A stretch of DNA of 63,840 bases, filler included, from Chiloscyllium plagiosum (Eukaryota), in the NCBI RefSeq assembly GCF_004010195.1. It is 4 parts of one record of this genome, joined end to end, with 100 filler letters (N's around TTAATTAATTAA, not from the genome) between each part and the next. Parts side by side here need not be neighbours in the genome. Positions count along the whole stretch, not along the records: positions 24,261 to 40,081 come from NC_057715.1; positions 40,182 to 58,111 come from NC_057715.1; 2 more parts are not named here. The stretch is one strand, 5' to 3'. This document shows, in pieces, positions 39,790-52,450 of the stretch. How positions within the stretch are numbered: the stretch's first letter is position 1; every line of letters begins with the position of its first letter. The notes below the pieces were generated by a model that was given only the letters and a program-made list of their open reading frames with translations, was not told where the DNA came from and did no database searches. Made by a program: the position numbers and the translations under genes.

Positions 39790-40453
39790 TGAGAGGGGGT
39801 CCCTCACATCATCGCTGATGTCACATGCCCCCCGAACTGCCGTGTTTGCCACCACTTCCGCCCCCACCAATGCTACTCACCTGCATTCTGCTGACCTGCC
39901 CCCCACAGATCGTACTATCACCATTCCTGCCCCCCAGAACCTGAGGGGAACACCACCCATGCTCATGACTCCACCCCAATTCGCCCTACCACCACGCCCA
40001 CTCCAATTACAGGCTCCGCCCCCATACCCAACTCCACACCTACACCACGTCCTAGCTCCTAGCCCCCCGCCCTGCCCCCCTNNNNNNNNNNNNNNNNNNN
40101 NNNNNNNNNNNNNNNNNNNNNNNNNTTAATTAATTAANNNNNNNNNNNNNNNNNNNNNNNNNNNNNNNNNNNNNNNNNNNNAATTGTCCGGACTTGTCCT
40201 ACCTGCCTATCTCCTTTTCCACCTATCCACTCCACCCTCTCCTCCCTGACCTATCACCTTCATCCCCTCCCCCACTCACCCATTGTACTCTATGCTACTT
40301 TCTCCCCACCTCCACCCTCCTCTAGCTTATCTCTCCACAATCCAGGCTCACTGCCTTTATTCCTGATGAAGGGCTTTTGCTCGAAATGTCGATTTCGAAG
40401 GCTCTTGGATGCTGCCTGAACTGCTGTGCTCTTCCAGCACCACTAATCCAGAA
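39790..40453 (+). mobile_element. Neptune-type PLE: Pro/Thr-rich segment, gap, then 3' end with hammerhead (40363-40390)
   Basis: The 3' part matches the reverse complement of 44905-45078. Assigning the pre-gap low-complexity part to this element is less certain. Confidence 0.65.
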
Positions 40454-40454
40454 T

Positions 40455-42342
40455 TATGAAATTCAGGGTTTGGTTAAGAAAAGGAAGGAAGCAACACTCC
40501 CTGGGACCCTACCATTAAGTGTATAAGTCCTGCTAAGATTTGCAGGAAGCAACACTGTCAGGTATAGACAGGATAGATCGAGTATAGAAGAGTATAAAGG
40601 CAGTAGGAGTATACTTAAAAGCGAAATCAGGAGGGCAAAAAGGGGACAGAAGATAGCTTTGGCAAATAGAATTAAGGAGAATCCAAAGGGGTTTTACAAA
40701 TATATTAAGGACAAAAGGGTAACTAGGGAGAGCATAGAGCCCCTCAAAGATCAGCAAGGCGGCTTTCGTGTGGAGCCACTGAAAATGGGGGAGATACTAA
40801 ATGAATATTTTGCATCAGTATTTACTGTGGAAAAGGATATGGAAGATATAGACTGTAGGGAAATAGATGGAGACATCTTGCAAAATGTCCAGATTACAGA
40901 GGAGGAAATGCTGGATGTCTTGAAACGGTTAAAGGTGGATAAATCCCCAAGACCTGATCAGGTGTACCCGAGAACTCTGTGGGAAGCTAGAGAAGTGATT
41001 GCTGGCCTCTTGCTGAGATATTTATATCATTGATAGTCACAGGTGAGGTGCTGGAAGACTGGAGATTGGCAAACATGGTGCCACTTTTAAGAAGGGCGGT
41101 AAAGACAAGCCAGGGAACTATAGACAGGTGAGCCTGACCTCAGTGGTGGGCAAGTTGTTGGAGGGAATCCTGAGGGATAGGATGAACATGTATTTGGAAA
41201 GGCAAAGACTGATTCGGGATATTCAACATGGCTTTGTGCATGGGAAATCATGTCTTACAAACTTGTTACTTTTTTGAAGAAGTAACAAAGAGGATTGTTG
41301 AGGGCAGAGCAGTAGATGTTATCTATATGGACTTCAGTAAGGCGTTCGACAAGGTGTCCCATGGGAGACTGTTTAGCAAGGTTAGATCTCATGGAATAAA
41401 GGAAGAACTAGCCATTTGGATACAGAACTGTCTCAAAGGTAGAAGACAGAGTGTGGTGGTGGTGGAGGGTTGTTTTTCAGACTGGAGACCTGTGACCAGT
41501 GGAGTGCCACAAGGATCAGTGCTGGGTCCTCAACTTTTTGTCATTTATATAAATGATTTGGATGCGAGCATAAGAGGTAGAGTTAGTAAGTTTACAGATG
41601 ACACCAAAATTGGAGGTGTAGTGGACAGCGAAGAGGGTTACCTCCAATTACAACAGGATCTTGATCAGATGGGCCAATGGGCTGAGAAGTGGCAGATGGA
41701 GTTTAATTCAGATAATTGCGAGATGCTGTATTTTGGGAAAGCAAATCTTAGCAGGACTTATACACTTAATGGTAGGGTCCCAGGGAGTGTTGCTGAACAA
41801 AGAGACCTTGGAGTGCAGGTTCATAGCTCCTTGAAAGTAGAATCACAGGTAGAAAGGATAGTGAAGAAGGCGTTTGGTTTGCTTTCTTTTATTGGTCAGA
41901 GTATTGAGTACAGGAGTTGGGAGGTCATGTTGCGGCTATACAGGACATTGGTTAGGCCACTGTTGGAATATTGCATGCAATTCTGATCTCCTTCCTGTCG
42001 GAAAGATGTTGTGAAACTTGAAAGGGATCAGAAAAGACTTACGAGGATGTTGTCAGGGTTGGAGAATTTGAGCTATAGGGAGAGGCTGAACAGGCTGGGG
42101 CTGTTTCCCTGGACCGTCGGAGGCTGAGGAGTGACCTTATTGGGGTTTACAAAATCATGAAGGGCATGGATAGGATAAATAGACAAAGTCTTTTCCCTGG
42201 GATCAGGGAGTCCAGAGCGTTTGGAGGGATATGGGCCAGGTGCTGGCAGGTGGGACTAGATTGGGTTAGGATATCTGGTCGGCGTGGACAGGTTGGACTG
42301 AAAGGTCTGTTTCCATGCTGTACATCTCTATGACTCTATGAC
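40455..42342 (+). mobile_element. Young CR1 (HER1-like) ORF2 to 3' tail
   Basis: ANRIKENPKGFYKY..KSPRPD..DFSKAFDKV..SGVPQGSVLGP..RPLLEYCMQF. Tail ctctatgactctatgac. Confidence 0.93.
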
Positions 42343-44903
42343 TACATTACATTTGCTTTCTTAACCATGGACTCAACCTGCAAGTCAACCTTTAGAGAAT
42401 CCTGGACCACCAATCCCAGATCTCTTTGTATTTTGGTTTTGTGAGTTTTCTCACTATTTAGAAAATAGTCCATGCCTGTATTCTTTTTTCCAAAGTGCAA
42501 GACCTCGTATATGCTCACATTGAATTTCATCAGCCATTTCTTGGACCACTCTCCTAAACTGTCTAAATCTTTCTGCAGCCTCCCCACCTCCTCAGTACTA
42601 CCTGCCTCTCTGCCTAACTTCATACCATCAGCGAACTTCACCAGAATGCTCCCAGTCCCTTCATCCAGATCATTAATATATAAAGTGAACAGCTGCAGCC
42701 CCAACACTGAACTCTGCGGGGCACCACTTGTCACCAGCTGCCATTCTGACAAAGAAGCTTTTATCCCAACTCTCTGCCTTCTATCAGACAGCCAATCCTC
42801 AACCCATGCCAGTAGCTCACCTCGAAAACCATGGGTCTTCACCTTACTCAGCAGCTTCCTGTGAGGCACCTTATCAAAGGCCTTTTGGAAGTTTAGGTAG
42901 ATAACATCCACTGGGTTTCTCTCGTCTAACCTACTTGTTACCACTTTAAAGAATTCTAACAGGTTTGTCAGGCACATCCTCCCCTTACTAAATCCATGCT
43001 GACTCATTCTAATCTGACCCTGCACTTCCAAGAATTTAGAAATCTCATCCTTAACAAGGGATTCTAGAATTTTACCAACCACCGAGGTCAGGCTAGGGCT
43101 TTTGCCCGAAACATCGATTTTCCTGCTCCTCGGATGCTGCCTGATCTGCTGTGTTTTTCCTGCACCACTCTAGTCTAGAGTCTGGTTTCCAGCATCTGCA
43201 GTCCTTGTTCTTACCTATAATTTTCCATCTTTTGATGTGATCCTTTCTTGAACAAGGGGGTTATAACAGCGATTTTCCAATCATCTGGGACTTTCCCTGA
43301 CTCCAGTGATTTTTGAAAGATTACAACCAACGCCTCTTCTATTTCTTCTGCCACCTCCCTCAGAACTCTAGGATGTAGCCCACCGGGACCAGGAGATTTA
43401 TCAATGTTTAGACCTTTTAGCTTTTCTAGCACTTTCTCTTTTGTAATGGCTACTATGCTCAATTCTGCCCCTGACTCTCCTTAATTGTTGGGATATTACT
43501 CATGTCTCCCATTGTGAAGACTGACACAAAGTATTTATTAAGTTCTTCAGCTATTTCCTTATCTCCCATCACAAGCCTTCCTGCATCAATTTGGAGCAGC
43601 TCAATTTCTACTTTTGCCTCTCGTTTGTTTCTTATGTATTGAAAAGAACTTTTACTATCATTCCTAATATTACTGGCTGGCTTACCTTCATATTTGATCC
43701 TCTCCTTCCTTATTTCTCTCTTTGTTATCCTCTGTTTGTTTTTGTAGTCTCCCCAGTCTTCTGATTTCCCAGTGCCACTTTACAGGTTCTCTCTTTTTCT
43801 ATGATACATTTCCTGACTTCCTTTGTCAGTCGTGGCTGTCTAATTCCACACCTCCCTCCCCCCCACAAGATAATCTTTCTTTTTTGGATGTACCTTTGTA
43901 CTGTGTCCTCAATTACACCCAGAAACTCCTGCCATTGTTGCTCTACTGTCTTCCCCACTAGGTTCTGCTTCTAGTCGATTTTCGTCAGTTCCTCTCGCAT
44001 GCCCTTGTAATTACCTTTATTAACTGTAACACTATTACATCTGATTTTGCCTTCTCTCTTTCAAACTCAGACTGAACTCCACCATATTATGATCACTGCC
44101 TCCTAAATGTTCTCTTAATTTAAGATCTTTTATGAAGTCTGACTCAATACATAGCACTAAGTCCAGAATAGCCTGCTCCCTTGTGGGCTCCATCACAAGC
44201 TGTTCCAAAAAGCCATGCTGTAAGCATTCCATGAATTCCCTTTCTTTGGATCCACCAACAACATTTTTCACCCAGTCCACCTACATATTGAAGTCTCCCA
44301 TGATCACTGTGACCTTGCCTTTCTGACATGCCTTATCTATTTCCTGGTATATTTTGTGCCCCTGGTCCTGACCACTGCTGGGAGGTCTGTACATAACTCC
44401 CATTATGTTTTTTTTGCCTTTGTGGTTCCTCAACTCCACCCACACAGATTCCACATTATCTGACCCTATGTCATTCAGTGCCATAGATTTAATTTCATTC
44501 TTAACTAACAGGGCAACCCCACCCCCTCTGCCCACTTGCCTGTCTTTTTGATATGTTGTAAATCCTTGGATGTTTAACTGCCATTCCTGAACCCCTTGCA
44601 ACCACATTTCTATGATGCCTACCACATCATAATCATTCAAGATGATTTGTGACGTTAATTCATAAACTTTGTTACAAATACAACAAGCATTCAGGTAAAG
44701 CACCTTAATGCTAATTTTCTTATCCTCATGATTTCCATCACCTTTAGTAATATGTCCTAAGTTATCCTTCCTTTTTGCTTCATTCCTAGTCAGCCTCGAA
44801 CTTAAACCCTGCACACATGCTAACCTGCTGCTTAGCTTTCTACTTGACTCCATACTCCCTGCCGCTTTCCCTTTCCCTTCCCCCCTCAACTCACAAGTTT
44901 AAA
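42343..44903 (-). mobile_element. CR1 LINE (another family), ORF2 APE to RT; 3' end missing
   Basis: KVLYLNA..VMYRPP..IMGDFN, KSPGPGGLHPRVL, SQHGFSKGRMCLTNLLEFF..FQKAFDKVPH. Confidence 0.92.
43096..43215 (+). mobile_element. Short Neptune-PLE 3' fragment inserted in CR1 ORF2
   Basis: gggcttttgcccgaaacatcg..ccagcatctgcagtccttg interrupts the NYRP(V/I)SLT-coding region. Confidence 0.82.
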
Positions 44904-44904
44904 G

Positions 44905-45418
44905 AGGTAAAAACAATGACTGCAGATGCTGGAAACCAGATTCTGGATCAGTGGTGCTGGAAGAGCACAGCAATTCAGGCAGCATCCGAAAAGCTTCGAA
45001 ATCGACGTTTCGGGCAAAAGCCCTTCATCAGGAATAAAGGCAGAGAGCCTGAAGCGTGGAGAGATAAGCTAGAGGAGGNNNNNNNNNNNNNNNNNNNNNN
45101 NNGTGGGAGGGGGAGTTGGAATGTTGGGCCACGGGGCGGTTTGGTTGATTGGTGCGGGTGTCTCGGAGATGTTCCCTAAAGTGCTCTGCTAGGAGGCGCC
45201 CAGTCTCCCCAATGTAGAGGAGACCGTATCGGGAGCAACGGATACAATAAATGATATGAGTGGATGTGCAGGTAAAACTTTGATGGATGTAGAAGGCTCC
45301 TTTAGGGCCTTGGATGGAGGTGAGGGAGGAGGTGTGGGCACAGGTTTTACAGTTCCTGCGGTGGCAGGGGAAAGTGCCAGGATGGGAGGGTGGGTGGTAG
45401 GGGGGTGTGGACCTGATG
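44905..45418 (-). mobile_element. Neptune-type PLE (Cys linker, GIY-YIG, 3' end with intact hammerhead)
   Basis: CRRNCKTCAH..FTCTSTHIIYCIRC..LYIGETGRLLAEHFREH. Confidence 0.88.
45000..45035 (-). ncRNA. Minimal hammerhead ribozyme motif
   Basis: auuc-CUGAUGA-A-gggc(uuuu)gccc-GAAAC-GUC-gauu. Core intact, stem I weak. Confidence 0.72.
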
Positions 45419-45419
45419 A

Positions 45420-45815
45420 ATTGCTCAATCTCCTCGCGGGATCATCAATTCACCAGCACATCACCTGTCCAACCATCTCTACTTACTTAATTAATTGATA
45501 CAAATTTATGAGTTAAATAATTTCTAGTACTTCTTTGTCATCTTATTCAATTAACCAACTAATAGTAAACTTTAATCTATCACAGAATACACAAGAAATA
45601 TCAATTGAAACGCCTCACCTTAGCAACGCACGAGTCCTTTTTTTTGGTTAAAGGAGAAGGGCAGGTGGGAGACACTACTCGCGTAGTGTCTCGGGATTCA
45701 ACCGTTGCCCAAATATATGCCTGAAACTCCCAAGGTATGTCTTTATATTTAAAAATTACCTTCCTATCGGACCACTGGTCCTCGCTGTTGCTCCTCCCAC
45801 TCCAACTACTGCTGA
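45420..45815 (-). mobile_element. Probable CR1 5' UTR and ORF1 start belonging to the 42343-44903 element
   Basis: ATG GTT GGA CAG GTG ATG TGC (MVGQVMC) resembles CR1 ORF1 starts. Same orientation as the adjacent ORF2. Confidence 0.55.
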
Positions 45816-48029
45816 AAAAATTGTGTACAACCTTCCCTTCTTAGACCTCCCAAAATGCATCACCCTGTACTTATTAGGATTAAATTCCATCCGCCATTGC
45901 TCTGTCCAATTTACCAGCGGATCAATATCAGATTGTAGCCTGAGACCATCCTTCTCACTATCAACAAAACCATCAATTTTTGTGTCATCCTCAAAATGAC
46001 TAATTATACCTGCTACTTCTTATGCTTTCGTTCATATTAATAAAGTAAAAAACTTACTGAAAAGAGAAACATATTCTTTAAGCTTTTTATCTTGTACTCA
46101 ACAGATCAAATTTCAAACTACCACAATAATTTATACCCCAGGAGTAAAGAATGATGATTGGTTGGCAAATGACTCTGATTTGCCAAGGTGTTGCCAAGGA
46201 AGAATCAATAAGCTTCTGGATAATTCAAGAAGATGTAAGGCTTGAAAGAATTCCTTGTCTGAAGATAGTGCGTCCCTGCAAATGAAGGTATGGCAATCCT
46301 AGCAACTGTAAAAGAGCCGTGTTATGGGTTTGATCAATTACATTAATTTAGTTCTTGTTGGAGCTATTAGTTCACTCGGGATTGTTCAGCAATTGTGAGA
46401 GCAAATCTAACAGCAGACATTTTGTTTTGGGTTTTGCAAGTGCTGGTTGATTGAATAGGATAATATTCTGCATCTGTTAAAGACATCGATAAAGAGTGCA
46501 AGCATTGTTAACTACATTTGCTAATGACACAAAGATAATTAGGAAAGCAATTTGCTAAGAGAATGTCAAATTTGAGGAGTTTCATGAAGGAGTTCTATCC
46601 ATGAGCTCTAGTGGGGCTAATTCATGAGATTCTCCTCTGGTCACCTCATTATGTATGCACCACACCTTTATGGCACTGTGATCCCACTATTATGCACTCA
46701 CCAGCAGTCACTGTCAGCACCTTCCGGGATTTGCATTGCCAGTTGCATATTTAAAGCTTAGCTGTGTTTTAGTTCAAATGCTGCCATCCAGGAATAGCTC
46801 TTCACAGCACACATAGTCATCAGAACATGAACTGTCAATTCGAAAGAAGAATCATATTGGATCTAAAAATTAATTCTGCTTCTCTTTCCACAGATGACAT
46901 CAGACTTGCTGAGTTTCTACAGCATTTTCTATTTTTATTACAGCTAACTATTAATGGTAAAATGGGTTTGCACTCACTTAGCAGAAATAAACCTGTTTGA
47001 TATGGCTATTAATTGTGCCATTTCAAATTGGTCTAAATTAATAAGAAAGAAAAATTCTAATTCATTAGAAACTCTTAAACCAAAAATTCTTAGTCACCTT
47101 TAAGTATGTCCATTTAGCTTAAAATCATACTTTCTTTTAACTTGCAACCAAATAATATCTCTGTTGGCACCTTACTTGGATCATCAGAGATTATTATAGA
47201 CAGTGGGCATCTCCAATAGCTTTTATTCAGTTGCGTTTACAGATGCTTATGTTTTTGCATGAAATAGAACTTATGAAGCAATGATAAGGCACAAATGCAA
47301 TACTGACTATATAGACTATAAAAGTCACCGGGATAATTATCCGAGTGTATGTAGTGTTAACTGAACATGGTTAGGGTAGCAGTAGTCACTATGATTAGTT
47401 TCAGCAGACCTGAGATGAGGAGTGAAAAGAACTGGGAAAAGTTCCCAATTCTGACTGATCCTTTGGCACAGATGCATGAGAATCGAATGAAAGGAAAATC
47501 AGTTCATCTGCAATGCTCTCCATGCTTGAATAACCTGGAAGCATTCATTACCCAAGCATGCACACAAAGATTTTGGATGAGGAATTTGATGACTGCTGGT
47601 GCCTAAGGTTGTATTATCAAGAGAGCATGGAACAACTTGGAAACACTGTTGCTTGATGTCAACAACAGGCTATTTTGCCTCACTTCAACATGTTTGACCA
47701 TATTTGGATCCAGCCGTAATGAGGGCAAGAGTTAATGGCCTTACTGGGAGTCAGCAAGCAGATTAGTGTGTCAAAGTGCTGCTTGATAACACTGTTGAAG
47801 AAGCCTTTTGTTACTTTCTAAAAGATGAGAGTAAACTGACATAGGACTCTAATTGGCTGGATTGTAATTTACTAATCTTATATTGAAAGGCATGAAGTAA
47901 GATATGTGATTTATTAATATACATATTACGTATATATTGTGAGGATTGGTCTGTGTATATGAAGGGGTTTAATGATTAACTTATCAATAATTATGGAGCC
48001 TATTTTTTAACCCATATGAAAGAGAGATT

Positions 48030-48290
48030 TCATAAAATCACAAAATCCCAACAATGCAGAAAGAGGCCATTCAGCCCATCAGGTCTGCAACAACTGTCCG
48101 AAGAACATCCTACCCAGATCCGTCCTTCCACCCTATCCCCATAACCCCAATTTATCGTGGCTAATCCACCTAACCTGCATATCTTTGAACTGTGGGAGGA
48201 AACCAGGGTACCTGGAGGGAACCCACACAAACCCAGGGAAAATGTGCAAACTCCACACAAACAGTCACCCAAAGCTGGAATCGAACATGT
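48030..48290 (-). mobile_element. Diverged HE1-like V-SINE, 5'-truncated
   Basis: B-box gttcgattcc and V-core gtgtggagtttgcacattt..gggttccctcc. Confidence 0.82.
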
Positions 48291-48309
48291 TTCAATAAAC
48301 ATTGAAAAA

Positions 48310-51300
48310 CAGCACAAACAGCCAACTTTCTGGTATTGATACTGGCTCTAATGCATTGAGGGGTATGTCGGGTTCCAAGAGATCAATTGTGTTATGGGCC
48401 TCTCTAGTCCAATGTACAGACAGACGTTTCTGTGGCCAGCAGCGAAAAAGCAGAATGGTGTGTTGCTTCCCTGGTGCCAGGATCAAGGATGTCTCAGAGA
48501 CGGTGCAGAATGTTCTCAAGGGGGAGAGGAGCCAGCAAGAGGTCATTGTCCACATTGCAACCAAAGACATAGGAAGGGAAAATGTTGAGATTCTGAAGGG
48601 AGATTACAGAGAGTTAGGTAGAAATTTAAAAAGGAGGTCCTTGAGAGTAGTAATATCTGGATTACTCCCGGTGCTATGAGCTAGTGAGAGCAGGAATAGG
48701 AAGATACAGCAGATGAATGCATGGCTGAGGAGATGGTGTATGGGAGAAGGATTCACATGTTTGGATCATTGGAATCTCTTTTGGGATGGAAGTGACCTGT
48801 ACAAGAAGGATGGATTGCACTTAAATTGGAAGGGGACTAATATACTGGCAGGGAGATTTGCTACAGCTGCTAGGGAGGATTTAAACTAGTAAGGTGGGGG
48901 GGTGGGACCCAGGGAGATAGTGAGGAAAGAGATCGATCTGCGACTGGTACAGTTGAGAACAGAAGCGAGTCAAACAGTCAGGGCAGGTAGGGACAAGGTA
49001 GGACTAATAAATTAAACTGCATTTATTTCAATGCAAGGGCCTTAACAGGGAAGGCAGATGAACTCCAGGCATGGTTAGGGAAAACATGGGACTGGGATAT
49101 CATAACAATTACAGAAACATGGCTCAGGGATGGACAGGACTGGCAGCTTAATGTTCCAGGATACAAATGCTACAGGAAGGATAGAAAGGGAGGCAAGAGA
49201 GGAGGGGGGGGGGGGGGGGGGGGGGGTGGCATTTTTGTTAAGGGATAGCATTGCAGCTGTACTGAGGGAAGATATTCCCGGAAAGACATCCAGAGAAGTT
49301 ACTTAGGTGGAACTGAGAAATAAGAAAGGGATGATCACCTTATTGGGTTTGAATTATAGACCCCCTAACAGCCAGAGGGAAATTGAGAAACAAACTTGTA
49401 AGGAGATCTCAGCTGTCTGTAAGAATAATAGGATGGTTGTGGTAGGGGATTTTAACTTTCCAAACATCGACTGGAACTGCCATAGTGTTAAGGGTTTAGA
49501 TGGAGAGAAATTTGTTAAGTGTTTACAAGAACATTTTTTTGATTCAGTATGTGGATGTACCTACTGGAGAAGGTGCTAAACTTGACCTACTCTTGGGAAA
49601 TAAGGCAGGGCAGGTGACTGAGGTGTCAGTGGGGGAGCACGTTGGGGCCAGCGACCATAATTTTATTAGATTTAGAATAATGATGGAAAAGGATAGACCA
49701 GATCTAAAAGTTGAAGTTCTAAATTGGAGAAAGGCTAATTTTGACGGTGTTAGGCAAGAACTTTCGAAAGCTGACTGGGCACAGATGTTTACAGGTAAAG
49801 GGACAGCTGGAAAAAGGGAAGTCTTCAGAAATGAGATAACGAGAGTCCAGAGAAAGTATATTCCTGTTAGGGTGAAAGGAAAGGCTGGTAGGTACAGGGA
49901 ATGCTGGATTACTAAAGAAATTGATTAAGAAAAATAAGAAAGCATATGTAAGGTATTGACAGGATAGTTCGAGTGAATCCTTAGAAGAGTATAAAGGCAA
50001 TAGGAGCATACTTAAGAGCGAAATCAGGAGGGCAAAAAGGAGACATGAGATAGCTTTGGCAAATAGAATTAAGGAGAATCCAAAGGATTTTTACAAATAC
50101 ATTAAGGACAAAAGGGTAACTAGGGAGAGAATAGGGCCCATCAAAGATCAGCAAGGCGGCCTTTGTGAGGAGCCGCAGAAAATGGGGGAGATACTAAACA
50201 AGTATTTTGCATCAGTATTTGCTGTGGAAAAGGACATGGAAGATATAGAATGTAGGGAAATAGATGGTGACATCTTAGACTGGAGGTTGGCAAACGTGGT
50301 GCCACTGTTTAAGAAGGGCGGTAAAGACAAACCAGGGACCTATAGACCAGTGAGCCTGACCTCGGTGGTGGGCAAGTTGTTGGAGGGAATCCTGAGGGAC
50401 AGAATGTACATGTATTTGGAAGGGCAAGGACTGATTAGGGATAGTCAGCATGGCTTCGTGCGTGAGAAATCATATCTCACAAACTTGATTGAGTTTTTTG
50501 AAGAAGTAACAAAGAAGATTGATGAGGGCAGAGTGATAGATGTGATCTATACGGACTTCAGTAAGGTGTTCGACAAGGTTCCCCATGTGACACTAGTTAG
50601 CAAGGTTAGATTTCACGTAATACAGGGAGAACTAACTAATCGGATACAGAACTAGCTTAAAGGTAGAAGACAGAGGGTGGTGGTGGTGGAGGGTTGTTTT
50701 TCAGACTGGAGACCTGTGACCAGTGGAGTGCCACAAGTATCAGTGCTGGGTCCTCAACTTTTTGTCATTTATATAAATGATTTGGATGCGAGCATAAGAG
50801 GTAGAGTTAGTAAGTTTGCAGATGACACCAAAATTGGAGGTGTAGTGGACAGCAAAGAGGGTTACCTCAGATTACAATGGGATCTTGATCAGATGGGCCA
50901 ATGGGCTGAGAAGTTTAATTCAGATGGAGTTTAATTCAGATAAATTTAATTCAGAGATGCTGCATTTTGGGAAAGCAAATCTTAGCAAATCTTAATGGTA
51001 AAGTGCTTGGGAGTGTTGCTGAACAAAGACACCTTGGAGTGTAGGTTCATAGCTCCTTGAAAGTGGAGTCACAGGTAGATAGGATAGTGAAGAAGGCGTT
51101 TGGTATGCTTTCTTTTATCGAGTTGGGAGGTCATGTTGCGGCTGTACAGGACTTTGGTTAGGCCACCGTTGGAATATTGCATGCAATTCTGGTCTCCTTC
51201 TTATTGGAAAAATGTTGAGAAACTTGAAAGGGTTCAGAAAAGATTTACAAGGATGTTGGAGAACTTGAGCTATAGGGAGAGGCTGAACAGGCGGGGGCTG

Positions 51301-51714
51301 TTTTGCCTGGGGCATTGGTGGCTGAGGGGTAACCTTATAGAGGTTTACAAAACTATGAGGGGCATGGATAGGATAAATAGACAAAGTCTTTTCCCTAAGT
51401 TGGGGGAGTCTAGAACTAGAGGGCATAGGTTTAGGGTGAGAGGGGAAAGATATAAAAGAAACCTCAGGGGAATCTTTTTCATGCAGAGGGTGGTATGTGT
51501 ATGGAATGAGCTGCCAGAGGATGTGGTGGAGTCTGGTACAATTGCAACATTTAAAAGGCATTTGGATGGGTATATGAATAGGAAGGGTATGGAGGGGTAA
51601 GAGCTGGGTGCTGGCAGGTGGGACCAAATTGGGTTGAGATATCTGGTTGACATGGACAGGGTGGACTGAAGGGTCTGTTTCCATGCAATACATTTCTATG
51701 GCTCTGTTACTCTA
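48310..51714 (+). mobile_element. CR1 (HER1-like) LINE: ORF1 esterase part and most of ORF2 (deletion at ~50277, poly-G run at ~49204-49227), 3' tail
   Basis: VCCFPGARI..DGLHLN, YFNARGL, NYRPP, VGDFNFP, RT motifs KFADDTK and TFKRHLDGYM. Confidence 0.93.
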
Positions 51715-51954
51715 TTAACTTGCTTTTGGTTTAGTAGAATTAGGATTTTCTTTTTGCTTAGGGAAAAATCCATATCTTGGAAAGCTTTTGGTTTCAATTT
51801 GTAGAAGTCCTTATCAAAATTTTTCGGAACATGGGAGCATAGGAATTAGGGAGCAGGAATAGGCAATTCAGCCTTTCGAGCCAATTCTTCTATTTAACAT
51901 GATCATGGGTCTTCCTCATTTACTTTATCACATGCGTTTGCTCCCTATAATGTT

Positions 51955-52450
51955 TCCCAGGTCAACGCTGCGGAAGCTTATGGGATGATTTGGTTCCTTT
52001 GTCTGGCATCATAGGCAGCCCCTCATCAAACTTACTAAATTGCAGTTACCTCAAGGAGAGGGAGGAGTTGATTTCCCAGACATCAGGAGGTATCAATTGA
52101 GTTCCCTGCTGTCCTTTGTCTGCAATTGGGTAGGTAACGATCCAAACTCAATATGGCTGGATATTAAGGCCTACCAGGCAAAGTGCCCTCTTATTAATCT
52201 GTTGTTCATGGATAAGATGAGGACAGTTATGGACCACTGCCGGAACCCCATTGTTATTAGTACAGTCTTGGCATGGAGGGCAATGTGTCATAGTGAGGTT
52301 TGCTTATCCAAGACTTTGCCACTTACACCTTTAGTTGGCGTGCCAGGGTTCTGTCCAGGGATGATGGACTCAGGGTTCAAACTATGGGAGTGTGAGGAGT
52401 TTCTAGTTTGGAAGACTTGTTTGAGGGGGAGGTTATGATATCTTTTGAGC
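51955..52450 (+). mobile_element. L1-clade ORF2 C-terminal fragment, left part
   Basis: LQLPQGEGGVDFPDIRRYQ..MDSGFKLW..DLFEGEVMISFE. Confidence 0.85.

Noticed and set aside
39734..40129. Proline-rich 131-aa ORF as a host gene
   Set aside because: Low-complexity C-rich sequence ending in a gap next to a PLE 3' end, with no splice or homology support.
47745..47817. Minus-strand exon-like segment (good acceptor, gtaagg donor; KVTKGFFNSVIKQHFDTLICLLTP)
   Set aside because: No recognisable SKA3 similarity, and its only open frame ends in phase 1, incompatible with the phase-0 exon at 20760. It would need RNA evidence.
49204..49227. Poly-G run as a G-quadruplex element
   Set aside because: Homopolymer expansion or sequencing error at the RGGGVA-coding site of a dead CR1.
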